In this document: piece by piece, positions 51,809 through 64,000 of the stretch
How positions within the stretch are numbered: the stretch's first letter is position 1
How the letters are laid out: every line of letters starts with the position of its first letter
Assembly: GCF_947568905.1 (NCBI RefSeq)
Contig: NC_079169.1
Location: 51,956,001 to 52,020,000, forward strand
From: Ostrea edulis
Lineage: Eukaryota
Direction of reading: 5' to 3'
Length of the DNA: 64,000 nucleotides
The notes under the pieces: generated by a model
Database searches by the model: none
What the model was told of the DNA's origin: nothing
What the model saw: only the letters and a program-made list of their open reading frames with translations
Made by a program: the position numbers and the translations under genes

Positions 51809-52269
51809 ACTTATATTTACATTTTTGGTTGGTAACATTGCTGAATTGTGTTAACAACACGTTTCCATACATTTCAAATTGTTGACGTCCACAACGAAGC
51901 GTCATAGATGTTCAAAATGACGACAACACAAAACAAAGTTCTATAAAATGAAGAACTGTTTTAATTATTAAGACGCTAGAAAGGAAGTATATCAACATAT
52001 ACTTATACATTAACTCGGGAGTATATAATGGAAAACTCTTCCATATGTCTAATTTTAGGGGGTGGGGGAATTATGATTTAAACGGGGATGCGCAGTGTTA
52101 CACTTAGAGTTGTGATGCGCTTTGACTTTTGAAAAGTGAAGACGTTGAAGACCGACTTTGAAAGATATTCTGTGGATATTGCGGAGTTAACAGAAGACTG
52201 AGATGGAGGAACATGAAGAACAGGGCGGCAGTCGTCAGGTGTAGGCAAATCTTTTATAGACAGGACAGA

Positions 52270-52660
52270 GGACGCAGCTCAGATGAATCTCCGGAAAGAA
52301 CTGAACATCGCAGAGAATGTGGAACTGCACGAAGGTAAGGGACGGTTTGGATTTGGATATGTAATTGTTGATAAACATGAGCTCACTGAACGCTTCTTTT
52401 GACTCGATAATTTTTTGTAATAGGTTTTTAACGACGCCTCGCTTCGATGTCCCGACATAAACTTGGAAACCGACATCAAGCGCTATCTATGGCTGCTGTG
52501 GCACGGAAGCAGTGTGGTGTGTAGGTCTTAATGCACTTTGACGACTTATCGGCCATACATCCTGTGAATGACCTTTTTGCTAAAGCCTAATGTCATCGTC
52601 TAGCAGTAAGTACAATTCCGCATCACCGAGGACCAGGGTGAAGTTGTAGCAGACGAAATT
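52270..52660 (-). pseudogene. Crypton-like tyrosine recombinase C-terminal remnant
   Basis: YTPHCFRATA (HxxR), then a frameshift to FMSGHRSEASLKTYY...SSQKKRSVS (GH...Y). Confidence 0.65.
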
Positions 52661-53927
52661 TTAGACATACATTAGGCCTAGTAGGCTAGTAACTAAAGAC
52701 ATTGTTTACAGAAATGTTTTTATCAATTATTGATGAAAGTTCACTGCTTGGAATACAAATAAAACCGTAAATACATATTGTGATGTTGATTTCATCTATT
52801 GAAAGATTTCTGTAGTAAGTGAGAGCGATTGCTAGATGTGTATTGCCTTAGTAAAAGTAGTACCTGTTACCTACTTTTAACAAATGTTCATACGCACAGC
52901 CGTGACCTCTGTTGACCCCGTAGTAGATTTATCCAGAAATAAATACGTATTGCTCGTAATAGTGTTATGTAGGAGAAAACAGTTGCAAATGTAAATATTG
53001 GAAGATAAACTGGGTGCATGATTATGGTGTCCAGGAAGCCTGACTTTACGTGAACTTAAATTGAAAGTTGCATTGTCCCTGGGGAGGCCGGGGGGTTCAG
53101 ACTTAATTAAGGTGGACCAATATGACGTATATAGTGTCTTGGAAAATATTTTTCTACTTCCTCAGCACAAATGTTTTGATTTTATGTGTATGAAATGTGT
53201 ATTTTATTATACCGGTAGAAGGCCAATCTCTAAAGCTTACAAAAAGCGTGAAACGATTACATGAATCGAAAGAGGGATGAGATAGACTGGGAATATTTCA
53301 GAAAAATTATTGTCACCAAAAAAAATTATGAAAAGGGGAGAGGGGTAGTAATTAATATCCATACTTCAAGTGCCTGTGGATTATAGGTTAGCTATTTGTT
53401 AAAAACTAAACTAATAGGTTTTTTTCTTTTGTTACCCTGAATTGATAAGTTCGTGATTCCCTGGGTAGGTTTTGACTCCAGGGCGGGGCCAAACTTGGTA
53501 TATATAGTATATTTGTGTAAGACATTTAGATCTCTTTAATGTTATTGATCTAGAAGGAGTAGAGGTAGTCTTTTATGAAAGTTGTACTTTTCACAATCCC
53601 AGGGGGTATGGGTTTTGGTTCCAAGGTGGGGCCAAAATTATTGTAGTGATTATTGTCTTTATCCTTTAATTTTACATGTTACACCCTTTTTCATTGAAAA
53701 ATTATTGGAATATCTTATCCAACGAAAAAAAAAAAATGACCGGAACTACTTTCTATTGGAATGTTGGGGATTCCTCTGGATGCTTTGTATTTATATATAG
53801 ATTAGGGAATCCTGAAAAGAAAAACTTAACAATTCTATCGATCTATATAAATTTATTAAACAAAAACAAATTTCAAATATAAATAATAATTATGCAAAAT
53901 GAAATAAACATGGCTATTTGAGGACAG

Positions 53928-53964
<37 letters not shown>

Positions 53965-55139
53965 ATATAACAACACATGTACACGTAGTACGTCAGCTTC
54001 TGCAATTCCGGGATGAGAGTTAAATGTATTCAACCGGGGATGACAATAATCCAGTTTGCACCTAGCGGCAACTTCCTTCATGTCACGAACCCAAATACCA
54101 GATACATGTACACCGCACACTGCTCCAGAGATACTGCAATATCGTAGTCCTTAACGACTATGGTTTCGAACTCCGGCATAATATGTGTATGAGTGGGCAC
54201 CGAAACGAGGCTTCCGTACGACGTTACAACAGCTGTCACAGCCTTAGAAATTCACTGACAAAACTCGAAAAACCCTCTGTAACACTCACTTGTCCACCTG
54301 GAAGCCTGGACAACCCTCAAGAGAACCCTACCTGGCATCCCACATCATGATCATGACTAAATTGATTATAGTGATTAAATATGTGTGTTAATAATTGCAT
54401 ATTTTTTACTTCTTAGATTTCAACTTTGGTATGAAGCATCTTTGGGACAAAGGGGGCATAAATTGTCAAATTTAGGCCTTAGGGGCGGTACAAAAATTAA
54501 TCAAATTTTCAAAAATATTTTCTACAATTACCGCACAACTGTAAGGAAAACTAAATGCTAGTGATGTAGAGCAGGAAGGCCTCTACCAAAATTGTAAATT
54601 TCATAATCCCCGGGGTAGAGATTCTGACTCCAGAACGGAGCCAAACTTTGCATTTAGTGTTTATATGTAAAACATTTTACTAAAATTGTAAATTTCATGA
54701 TTCCAGGATTTGGTATCTAAAATTAAGGTGATTGTTTTCATCATTTAAAAAAACCAATTCTTTAACTTTCCTGATATTGTATCAAAAGATGTACAACAGG
54801 TAGACTTCTACCAAATTGTAAATTTCATAATCCCGAGGTAGAGGTTCTGACTAAAGACAGGAGCCAATATAGTGTTTATGAATAAAACATTGAAATAACT
54901 TTAAAAGACATCCAGATACTTATCTTTTTTAAATCTATAAATACCAAACATGGTAGCGGTCTATATTTGGCTAAGAAATAATTTAAATAGCTTATCGGGA
55001 GGGAACGTGGTTTCAGGGACAGAAACAATCTATTAGACTATATAGAGGATGTGGACATCATTGATAAGCTTCGTATACCGCAGCACTGATGTGATCTATG
55101 TGATAAACTCAATATTCGTTTAGAATATCCCACAACCAA

Positions 55140-55350
55140 CTTTTTCCTACTTTCGCTGCTTAAGCATGTCCACCTTTTCTTCATGTTTTCCTCCGACCGG
55201 ACCTAATTTGTTGAATTTACAGCATTGACTTCAGATCTAACATCTCATTTCCTTCACAGAGTTAGAGACTGGAGTTTTGTCTTCTCTTTTCTATCCCTCA
55301 TCAGTCAATACTGATATTTCAGCAGCTGAAAAGTTTGGACATCCTTTCAT
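55140..55350 (-). pseudogene. Decayed Myb/SANT-like DNA-binding domain (Harbinger ORF2/NAIF1-like)
   Basis: PNFSAAEISVL ... EVNAVNS..VRSEENMKKRWTCLSSESRKK across two frames with stops. Confidence 0.55.
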
Positions 55351-55574
55351 AGCCAACTGAAATCTATCTGACCGCTTTGTGGTCACAAGTGAATGCATTC
55401 TACCATCATTCATGTATTGTTTGTAGACATAAAAGCAATGGTGGATAAATTTATTTCTTCACGTTTTCATCTTTGGCAATTTTCATACTTTTTCGTTTTC
55501 TTCAATTATTATGCGGTTTACGGAATATCTTTCTTTTCTTTTTCTTTTTTTTTGTATTCAGTATGTTATTTTGT

Positions 55575-55666
55575 CAATCTGATTAAAATCAGATCCTCGA
55601 TCCGCTCCTCGTGTACAAGAGGGAAAAAAAGAGGAGCGGATCGAGGATCTGATTTTAATCAGATTG
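55575..55666. repeat. Perfect 36-bp inverted repeat with 20-nt loop
   Basis: CAATCTGATTAAAATCAGATCCTCGATCCGCTCCTC and its exact reverse complement at 55631-55666. Confidence 0.92.
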
Positions 55667-56439
55667 GTTATTTTGTTAAGATAAATTTAAACACCTGTGA
55701 CGTTGCGAACTGGTCCTTTATTGTCTTTTATTTTTATATTTCAAATTGGTTAAGAAAATAATTATTTTGATTAAAATCGTAATATTTCGACTTCTATTCA
55801 TATTTTTTATAACTTTAATCCACAATTTTCCCCAAATTTTGTTTTTACCATTAGATTTACCTTAGTTAAGCATTGTAAACATAAAAAATGGGAAAATAAA
55901 ATTTGAAAATTTTCACCTTAATCGTGTCCATGGCCCTTTAATGATCAAAATCAACTGTCAGATGTGTTTCACAAAAAATAGAGGTTATATATTATGACAA
56001 AAGCTCATTATATAGTTTATTATTTGTTTTGGGTACAAAGATTGGGGTGTGTTATTGTTTAAGAAATTTTCAAATAAATGAATATGTATATCACATTTCA
56101 AATATTCTTCGGGTAAACTGTGCCATTTAAAAGTTAAATTTGTGACTGTGCAAAGTCAATATGCTTTACATTACAAAATTGACATTTCACTGGTTTGTTT
56201 GTAAACATAAAAAGATTCGAGTCTTGTTAATTTACATAACACAGAGTAAAGACCAAAATATTGCTCATATCCTTGCATTCACAGGGTCCCATTTGGTTGT
56301 AAACATTAAATGAGTTATACTTGCCATGTTTAACATCAGAATGGAAAAACGTGAACCAGTTCCTTTAAAGATACATGTAGTGTAATGAAATGGTACTGTC
56401 GTATCTTAAGCTTATAATTGTCATAAGTCAGCAGGCATG

Positions 56440-57311
56440 CCATGGAAGCCATCTTAGGACTAAGACCATATCTTAAGATAAACTTAGGATGTATCTTAGT
56501 CCTAAGTGAGGCCTCGGTGGCTAACTTAAGATATGTCCTAAGATATCTCCTAAAGTTAAGACATCACTAGACCCGTCCTAAGTTAAACTTAAGATATGTC
56601 TTAACTTTGTTTATGTATATAATGTCATTGTGGCTGCCGCCTAACTGTGTGTGCAAGGGGGAATAATCCGGAGTGATCACTGTTTAAGAGATTACGACAA
56701 TAACTTTGATTAGATGTTCTTAGATGACCATGCAGAGCATCGTGAGTAAATACCGACTCACGCGGCCAATGATACATAATGTATATATGTGCTTTGTTTG
56801 AAAACAACCTTCACCGGCCAACAATGAGGTCACATTCTCTAAATAATGACAGCAGTAGGATTTTTCAAGAGATCGTCGCAGACATTCATAATATTTCAAG
56901 ACAAAGCACAGAAAATGATATTAATGATGTTTTAAATTGCTTAGTCGGAATTTCCAAACAATACATACATATGTCAGTGAATGTTAAAGAATTAAACAAA
57001 ATAAAGAAAGGGTTTTTATGAAATTTCTCATTTTCCAAACATTGTTGGAGCAATAGATTGTACTCGTATTAAATTCAAATCCCCACTCACCAATGAATAC
57101 ATATATGTAAATGGGAAAAAAAACACAATATAAAGTTGAATTATCTTGCTCGTGTTCTATACATGTATATCGACATGTAACAAATTTAAAAAAAATGATA
57201 GGGATATTTTTTAAAATCATGTATATTTTTTTAGTCTTGCAGTGGTGTAATGTCTAAGACGGGAGTAGTAGAGGTTTCGTTCCTCTGGCCTCTCTCTCTC
57301 TCTCTCTCTCT

Positions 57312-57372
<61 letters not shown>

Positions 57373-57850
57373 TCTTATTAAAACAAATACTTTTAAAAAT
57401 AAATTTTGATATAATTACCTTGTATGATCTATATATAATTTTACAAGTCATTAAAACAGTTTAAGTTTTAAGTCACTGATAATATCGTCCATTGGTATGT
57501 AATGTTAAAATTCATAAGAATTTTCCTAAGAATCCCTTAAGTCTATCCAAGTTAGGATAGTCCTAAGAGAACTTCTATGTCCATCTTAAGATATGTCTTA
57601 GGACCATCCTAAGAGTCATCCTAAGATATCTTAAGTCATGTCTTACGATTATTCCTAGGAACCACACATCTTAGAAAACTCTTATGATTTATCTTATGAC
57701 AGATCTTAAGAAACTCTTATGATTTATCTTATGACAGATCTTAAGAAACTCTTATGATTTATCTTAAGACACATCTTAGAAAACTCTTATGATTTATCTT
57801 ATGACAGATCTTATGAAACTCTTATGATTTATCTTATGACAGATCTTAAG
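56440..57850. repeat. CTTAAG/CTTAGG-rich repeat region, probable decayed TIR element, with a 35-bp tandem repeat at ~57660-57850
   Basis: Motif clusters at 56450-56610 and 57520-57850; unit AAACTCTTATGATTTATCTTATGACAGATCTTAAG. Confidence 0.5.
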
Positions 57851-58104
57851 ATAGTTTTGAACCATTTCACTTTAATTCCTTGCAGAAGTTTGACAACCGA
57901 TCGCAGAAGAACATGTCAGCTACATTGCATCTACTTGTATATAGCCTATCATTTGCCATCCATTTCTTATTTAAGCTATTCCACGTGCCTTTAATGACTT
58001 TCTGTTTCACAATGAACTTTCACTTTTGACTTCTGACCCCGATCGATCAAACGCACTTTACAATGGAGACTCAGCTGCAGTTTGCATATGCTCTTCAACA
58101 TGTA

Positions 58105-58431
58105 CGGCCGCCGCGGTGGTCTAGAGGTAGAGCGTTCACCCCGCATGAGGAAGGTCGGGGTTTAAATCCCGGCAGCGACAAACCTAAATCGCTAAAACAA
58201 GTAGTGACAATTCCATCACCAAACGCTCGGCATCACTGAGGTGTGAATGTCACGGGTCCTCGGAAATAACCTTAAAAACGGATGTCCCATGTCACAGCAG
58301 GTGTGTCACGCTAAAAACCCTCACTGCTCAATGGCCGTAAGCGCCGAGCATAAGCCTAGATTTGAAGTCCTTCACCGGTCTTGGTGACGTCTCCATATGA
58401 GGGGGAAATTCTCGAGAGGGACGTTAAACAA
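58105..58431 (+). mobile_element. Full-length tRNA-head SINE
   Basis: A box TGGTCTAGAGG, B box GTTTAAATCCC, core GTCACAGCAGGTGTGTCACGCTAAA; (CAAT)n tail resumes after the inserted MITE. Confidence 0.8.
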
Positions 58432-58436
58432 GATAC

Positions 58437-58633
58437 CATGCGCGGATCTAGAGAGGGATCGGGGGGGGGGGGGGGGGTCCGGACCCTGGAATTTGCAAAG
58501 ATAAAAAAAATTACAATATATATATAAGATTTATAAGAAAAATTAGTTGACTGTTATTATATCACGGGTTCGATTTTGTGAAAAGGTTCGACCCCCCCCC
58601 CCCCCCTGGAAAAAAATTCTGGACCCGCGCCTG
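58437..58633. mobile_element. MITE with 5-bp TSD inserted in the SINE tail
   Basis: CATGCGCGGATCTAGA / TCTGGACCCGCGCCTG; TSD GATAC on both sides. Confidence 0.75.
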
Positions 58634-59365
58634 GATACCATCAATTAATCAATCAACATGCACAACCCAACCCCCGCCTCAGACAAATTATCATCAATAA
58701 AACTCATTTCAGTGATTTTCATAACAGATGCAAGCTTTCAAGCACACTAAATCTCATTTTATAGTACAATTGTCTATTCCAAATTTTCTCCTGCCACCAT
58801 AGACTGACCGAGTGACCTGTAATAATCCATCCACTTAGTATATGGTGGTTCTAGGGCATCCTGACGTTAGTTAACATGTTTGCTATGTATATGATTTCCA
58901 GTACAAAGAAAATTCTTCCTTTTGATTGACATGAAGAGAAGTAGGACATGTATAAACTACGTAGAGCATGTGGTTTTCTTAGAATAAACTTTAATCGCAA
59001 TGCCTGATGGAGCCGAACATTACGCACAATTTTATCTTTCCTACTTCAAGTTTACACACTGTGCTAAAACTGAAACTTTAATGAATTGTATTCACACAAT
59101 ATGGGACAATATGTAAAGGCCACTGTTTTCATGAGCGTTGTACATATTGCTTCTGTCTAAGATTAGATATGTGTTTTCTATTAACTGTTGTGCATCGACA
59201 CATGCGGTTATGCTTCGTTACTTCTCAAGTTCAGAAGATAAGATTCTTGCAATTTCATTTCACTGAGAAGAAAGAGTTTACTTGGAGGGTAAACAAAATC
59301 GCTTTAATTTGGATCTAGTTACAGACGGGAATTTCGTCCAATGGATCTGACATTGTGGGGAATCT

Positions 59366-59555
59366 ATGGAAGATTTTCTAGACATTCGATCGAGCCCTAA
59401 GTTGTCGTCTGCGCTTCTGTTGACAGCGGCGTTTGTTCACGTGATCGGATACTCATCCACTCATTGGTCAGACGGGGGTGTGTTTTACACGGGACTGTGG
59501 AAAACGTGTATCCTGACCCCCACGTTTCACTGTCTTGAGGATGCTTACACGGCAG
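59366..59555 (+). CDS. Claudin/PMP22-like first exon A (TM1 plus extracellular loop 1), no private downstream exons seen
   Basis: MEDFLDIRSSPKLSSALLLTAAFVHVIGYSSTHWSDGGVFYTGLWKTCILTPTFHCLEDAYTA; W-GLW-C-C motif; 190 nt, phase-1 GTGAGT donor. Confidence 0.7.
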
Positions 59556-60303
59556 GTGAGTCGACTCAAACCCACTATATAACATACACAAACTCTAAAC
59601 TGCGCACTACCGTCATTCCGTGAGTACGTTTCATAGGAAGTTGTAAAAATCTTCAAATTTCAAACATCAGCAAATTGGAAAACCTGTATATTATGTAGTC
59701 ATTTTATAATTTGCTCTCTGAATGATCTACTAATTATCAAAATTAAAAATTTTCTTTGCCTTGACCTGGCCCCAGGATCATGTAACAAACTCAGACTTAA
59801 GTCAAACTTTCAATCAGCCGTAAGATGTTCATTACTTTAGAACTGAAACTCTTAATTTTGCAGACCCTAAAAATTTGACGAAGCAACATTGAATAACAAT
59901 ATTTTTTTTTTGGAATCACTGACTTCTCAATCATTTCATCGCAATATTCAGATTTTGACTTAAGCTTAAAGGTGTTTCATGATCCTGGAGCCAGAACACC
60001 TTTGTCACACATGCAGCGTCTTCTGCCGTTTAGTGACGAGTGAAGGCTCTGATGAATTACAGTTCGTATTTGTTGTTAGCGTCATCCGTTTGTGTTGAAT
60101 TACTTTTAGGAACTTCTATATGTTGTGACATCAATGATTTTCAAATTCAATCATACCCGAATTGCATGATGGGTCTTTCATTATCCGAGCTTACACCCCC
60201 AGTAGATTCTTTTACTTCATGGCGATTCCATTACCCCCATGGGGCACCTAGCATTAACCTCCTAACACACAAATAAACACAATCTGTGTGTGTGGATGAG
60301 AAG

Positions 60304-63296
60304 ATGGCGGGGTTTGGCAGCGCAAGTTTGTTGGTGAAGATTGTCTTCATCTGTGTCATTGTAGCAGTTTTGTTTCATCTGATTGGATTCTCTACGGCCT
60401 ATTGGACCAATCGTTCATCCTATGTCTATTCTAATCACTGGGGCCTGTGGAAAAGCTGTCGTATTTATTGCTCTTCAATGGGGACAAAATCCGGTAATTT
60501 AAGTTAGCAGTTTTGTACAAATCTGACCAAAAACAAATTACTTGTATTATTACAATTTATGGTTATGTACAATGTTCTTGTTTTATTCTAATTAATCAAA
60601 TATTTGATTGCATGTTTAATTGTCTCTTGTATATGTATTGTTAAATTCCTATGTAAAATTTGAAATGAACAGAGATGCATGTAAAATTTGTTTTAATTAT
60701 TTTTCTTTGGAACAATGATTCAAATGTTACAATCAAAGGAGTTAATATATGCATGAAGTAGATAATAAGACGGTTGATTTTGTGTTTATGAAGTTGGATG
60801 ATCAGGTTTAATTACAACCCGCTAAGTGGATAACAAATGATCTTCAACAAACAGCCCTGGGATATACTGAGCTTTTCGTCAGATTTCTTTGATGAAGGAA
60901 CGTGCAGATGTGGGCGTTCGCGGAGTAGTAGCTATGAAGGTGGTGAGATATTTTTGTGACGACACAAGTGCATTCTAACTTTAAAACAACTTTTCAAAAC
61001 TCAGAAGTTGTTACCAAATGACAGTATTTGTTTCCTCTGAGTTTTGTTCATGTTGATACAAATTCGTCATCATAGCATTACACCAGATGTTTGTTAAATG
61101 CTTTTGTTAAGTGAATCACTTTGCCAGACGTGGATTGTAATCTGGGACGTCTCTTCTGTTCCCTAGCAATAGAAGAAAGAGACAAAGGTATTTTTGACGA
61201 GCCATTAACAGATATTGTTTTGTTTTTTTTTTAACATGGGAGACTTTGATCCTCTGCCAAAGCAAAACAGGGTTTTTCTGTTTTATTATTGACGGAATAA
61301 CGGATTTTCATCTGAAATGAGATAGTATCAGAAAATTCAGTGCATTATGAACATCAATACAATACATGTAGATGTCAAAAACATAGTTAAAAACGTTTAC
61401 GTTAATATCTACATAACAATGACACGTGATCGGTAGCATTGGCACGTGATAATAGCATTGACACGTGATAATAGTATCGACACGTGCTATTCTAAAAGTC
61501 TTGTTCATTTCTGGAATAGCCATTACTACTATCTTCGACGTAATATTTAATCGCATCTGCAATGCGATATTAACAATTTTTGTGTTACATTATGATGTGG
61601 ATGTTATTGTTTAATGTTGTGTTATTATGTCGCGCTAGCTATGAACATTACGCTCCAGATTTATTAACTGTTTACGACAAAATCCCATTGGAATGAAAGT
61701 ATTTTGAGGTAATTCATGAGCTAAAATAGTTAAGTGAGTTATTCTGATTTCTCGGTATTGTTTAGTACATTTATGTGAACACTGCAAAGGGTAATTTCAG
61801 TCGCTAACATGTATATAACTGTTGTAATCTACCCTACATTTATTGTTAACATCAAAGAGAGAAGGGTATTCTTCTTACGGAGTTTGTCCTTGAGATTAAT
61901 TAATCATCTAGATCGATTAATCACCTAGATTAATATGTCAATGTCTGTTTTTCTATTTGCTTGCTTCATTATAGGTCCATGGATTACTTAGAAATTGATT
62001 AAAGTTAATTAAAGGAATGATTTTGAAGACATGGTGCATGTATTTAGTACTTATTAGAACATTGACGTACATGAAATAAAGAGTGGAGTTCTACCCAATC
62101 ATAATCACCAGCTTCGAAATTCAGAGGAGATATGCATTTGTAAATACGGCTATATAACAGTATATCTGTTCCTCTCCTTGTTGATTGATCTGACATTTTA
62201 ATTGGTTACCATGGTGTGATTTGTCTTGACGTTTTGATTGGTTGAAATTGGCATGGTGATATATCCATGTCTCTAGCGTGATTTGTCTGACGTTTTGATT
62301 GGTTTCAATTGGTTTAGGGCTATATGAAGTCCTTTAGCGCGATTTGCCTAATGTATTGAATGGTTAGCTTGGTATTATACCCTGGCCGTTATATGTTTTG
62401 ATTGGCTGGCCTGGAGCTATACCCCGGAATTCCGACGTTTTGATTGGTTCGGCTGAAAGCTATACCCAGGAATTCCGACGTTTTGATTGGCTGGCCTGGA
62501 GCTATACCATGGAATTCCGACGTTTTAATTGGTTGGCTTGAAGCTATACCCAGAAATTCAGATGTTTTGATTGGCAGGTTTGGGGCTACATTTAGGCTTT
62601 CAAGAGCGTGGTCTGATATTTGATTCTTTGATTTGTAGTTATGTCCATGCTTTTCTAGACGATTAATCTGACTGTTTACACCTAGATCTCCAACATGATT
62701 TATTTGTTGAGACGATTTGTATATTTTCCTTATTTTGCGGGGTTGATTTGGAGTTATGTGCTTTTTAAAAGACTATTTTTCTTATGTTTTTTCTTCGTTT
62801 TGTCAGGTTGGTTTGGTGCTACCCAGGCCTTTGAGACGATCGGACTGATTGCTGGATTTGTTGGTCTGATACTAACCATCCTATACATCTTCGTAACCCA
62901 AACAGCTGGTAATCGAGTGCTGTTTATAATCGACCTCCTAGCGGTGGGAATAGCAGGTATGTAAATTAGCGATGGAGGTCACGAGTACGAAAATATCCGT
63001 ATCGATTTCTCATCAAATTAATATCAGACAATGGATTCTATGACAAAGGAGAATCTGAAATATATCATTTGTTAAGCAATTTACCTGCTCATTATGTTAA
63101 TTTCATCATGTATTGAATCAATTTTTATTTTCATTTCTCAGCTGGATCAACCCTCCTTGGGGTCATAATATATGGTGCAAATGCCAGCGCCCTCTCGTGG
63201 TCGTTCGCACTGGCGGTCATAGCCGGACTGGTATATGGTGTGGCCGGAGCCTTGATGGTCATCCATCTGCTCAAACCAAACCTCGTCCAGGGCTGA
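60304..63296 (+). CDS. Claudin/PMP22/EMP-like four-TM protein (exon 1B plus exons 2 and 3), 164 aa
   Basis: Exons 60304-60493, 62807-62956, 63142-63296, phases match. HLIGFSTAYW, WGLWKSC..C, WFGATQAFETIG, ALSWSFALAVIAG. Confidence 0.85.
62230..62580. repeat. ~42-bp minisatellite in claudin-like intron
   Basis: GACGTTTTGATTGGCTGGCCTGGAGCTATACCC.GGAATTCC, about 8 copies, decayed at the left edge. Confidence 0.8.
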
Positions 63297-63779
63297 TGCA
63301 GTAGGGAAATATGTCTCCCGAGATGTTCTGGCTGCTATAGGAGTGGGCGTTTTATGAGATAGATAGAAGGGTGTTGCATTTTGCAGCATCGAATCACATC
63401 TTCCAAGCGCACGATATAGTTTTATTTTTGATTTCTTTTATAGCTAAACTATTTTTAATTAAAATTATGATAGGATTTTTTAAATATACACGTGCATGTC
63501 TTCCTTGTAAGAAGGAAATTGTAGATAGTTTGGGACTTTGTATCATGTTTTTACAACCGGTAATGTAAAATAAATATTTCTATTTATGTATTATATCTAT
63601 TGTTATCATTGGGCCATTCAAAGCCTGCGTGCTGAGGGATGACGTACATAGAATATTCCAGTATCGCCTCCAATCCATTTAAGTTTACCATGGCCAAAAT
63701 TCACCTCTAGACTAAGAGTTACATGTAGTAGAGCCTTAGGAAATATTATCCCTACTCTGAAGATTACATTGTATACTAT

Positions 63780-64000
63780 TGAATACAGAGGACTTCAATG
63801 TCAACAGATGGCGCTCTCTCCACTAGTATTCTGAATGTCAATAGATGGTGCTCTCTCCACTAGCACTCTGAATATCAATAGACGGTGCTCTTTCCAGTAG
63901 TAATCTGAATTTCAATAGATGTCGCTCTCTCCACCATCAATAGATGGCGCTCTTTGTACTAGTATTCTGAATGTCAATAGATGGCGCGCTCTCCACTAGC
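63780..64000. repeat. ~37-bp minisatellite running off the window end
   Basis: ATTCTGAATGTCAATAGATGGCGCTCTCTCCACTAGT, about 6 copies. Confidence 0.85.

Overview
Eukaryotic, intron- and repeat-rich genomic window, most likely an oyster (Ostreidae). That inference rests on the HSC70 sequence, Cg170/HindIII-type satellite and CvA/HINE-type repeats. Genes reconstructed by hand from GT-AG boundaries and frame continuity: (1) an 11-exon TTC25/ODAD4 gene (minus, 575 aa), plus a probable first exon of a tandem ODAD4-like TPR paralog at the left edge; (2) a 5-exon secreted, His-rich EF-hand protein (plus, 138 aa); (3) a single-ORF Mab-21/cGAS-like receptor (minus, 566 aa) with an apparently intact catalytic triad and an abutting M-K-stop uORF; (4) HSC70 (plus, 6 coding exons, 661 aa) with an HSE/CRE promoter and a U14/SNORD14 snoRNA in its last intron; (5) a claudin/PMP22-like locus with two divergent 190-nt first exons and only one set of downstream exons. 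Intergenic and intronic DNA contains a decayed L1/Tx1 LINE, SINEs, Helentron-like elements, MITEs with 5-bp, 8-bp, TA and TTAA target duplications, Crypton and Myb/SANT remnants, two minimal hammerhead-like motifs, many minisatellites and two assembly gaps. The most unusual observations are minisatellites built from ODAD4 splice donors (one repeats the exon end plus donor about 18 times) and the possible variable-first-exon claudin system. All coordinates were counted by eye; no databases were searched, and family names come from recalled motifs.
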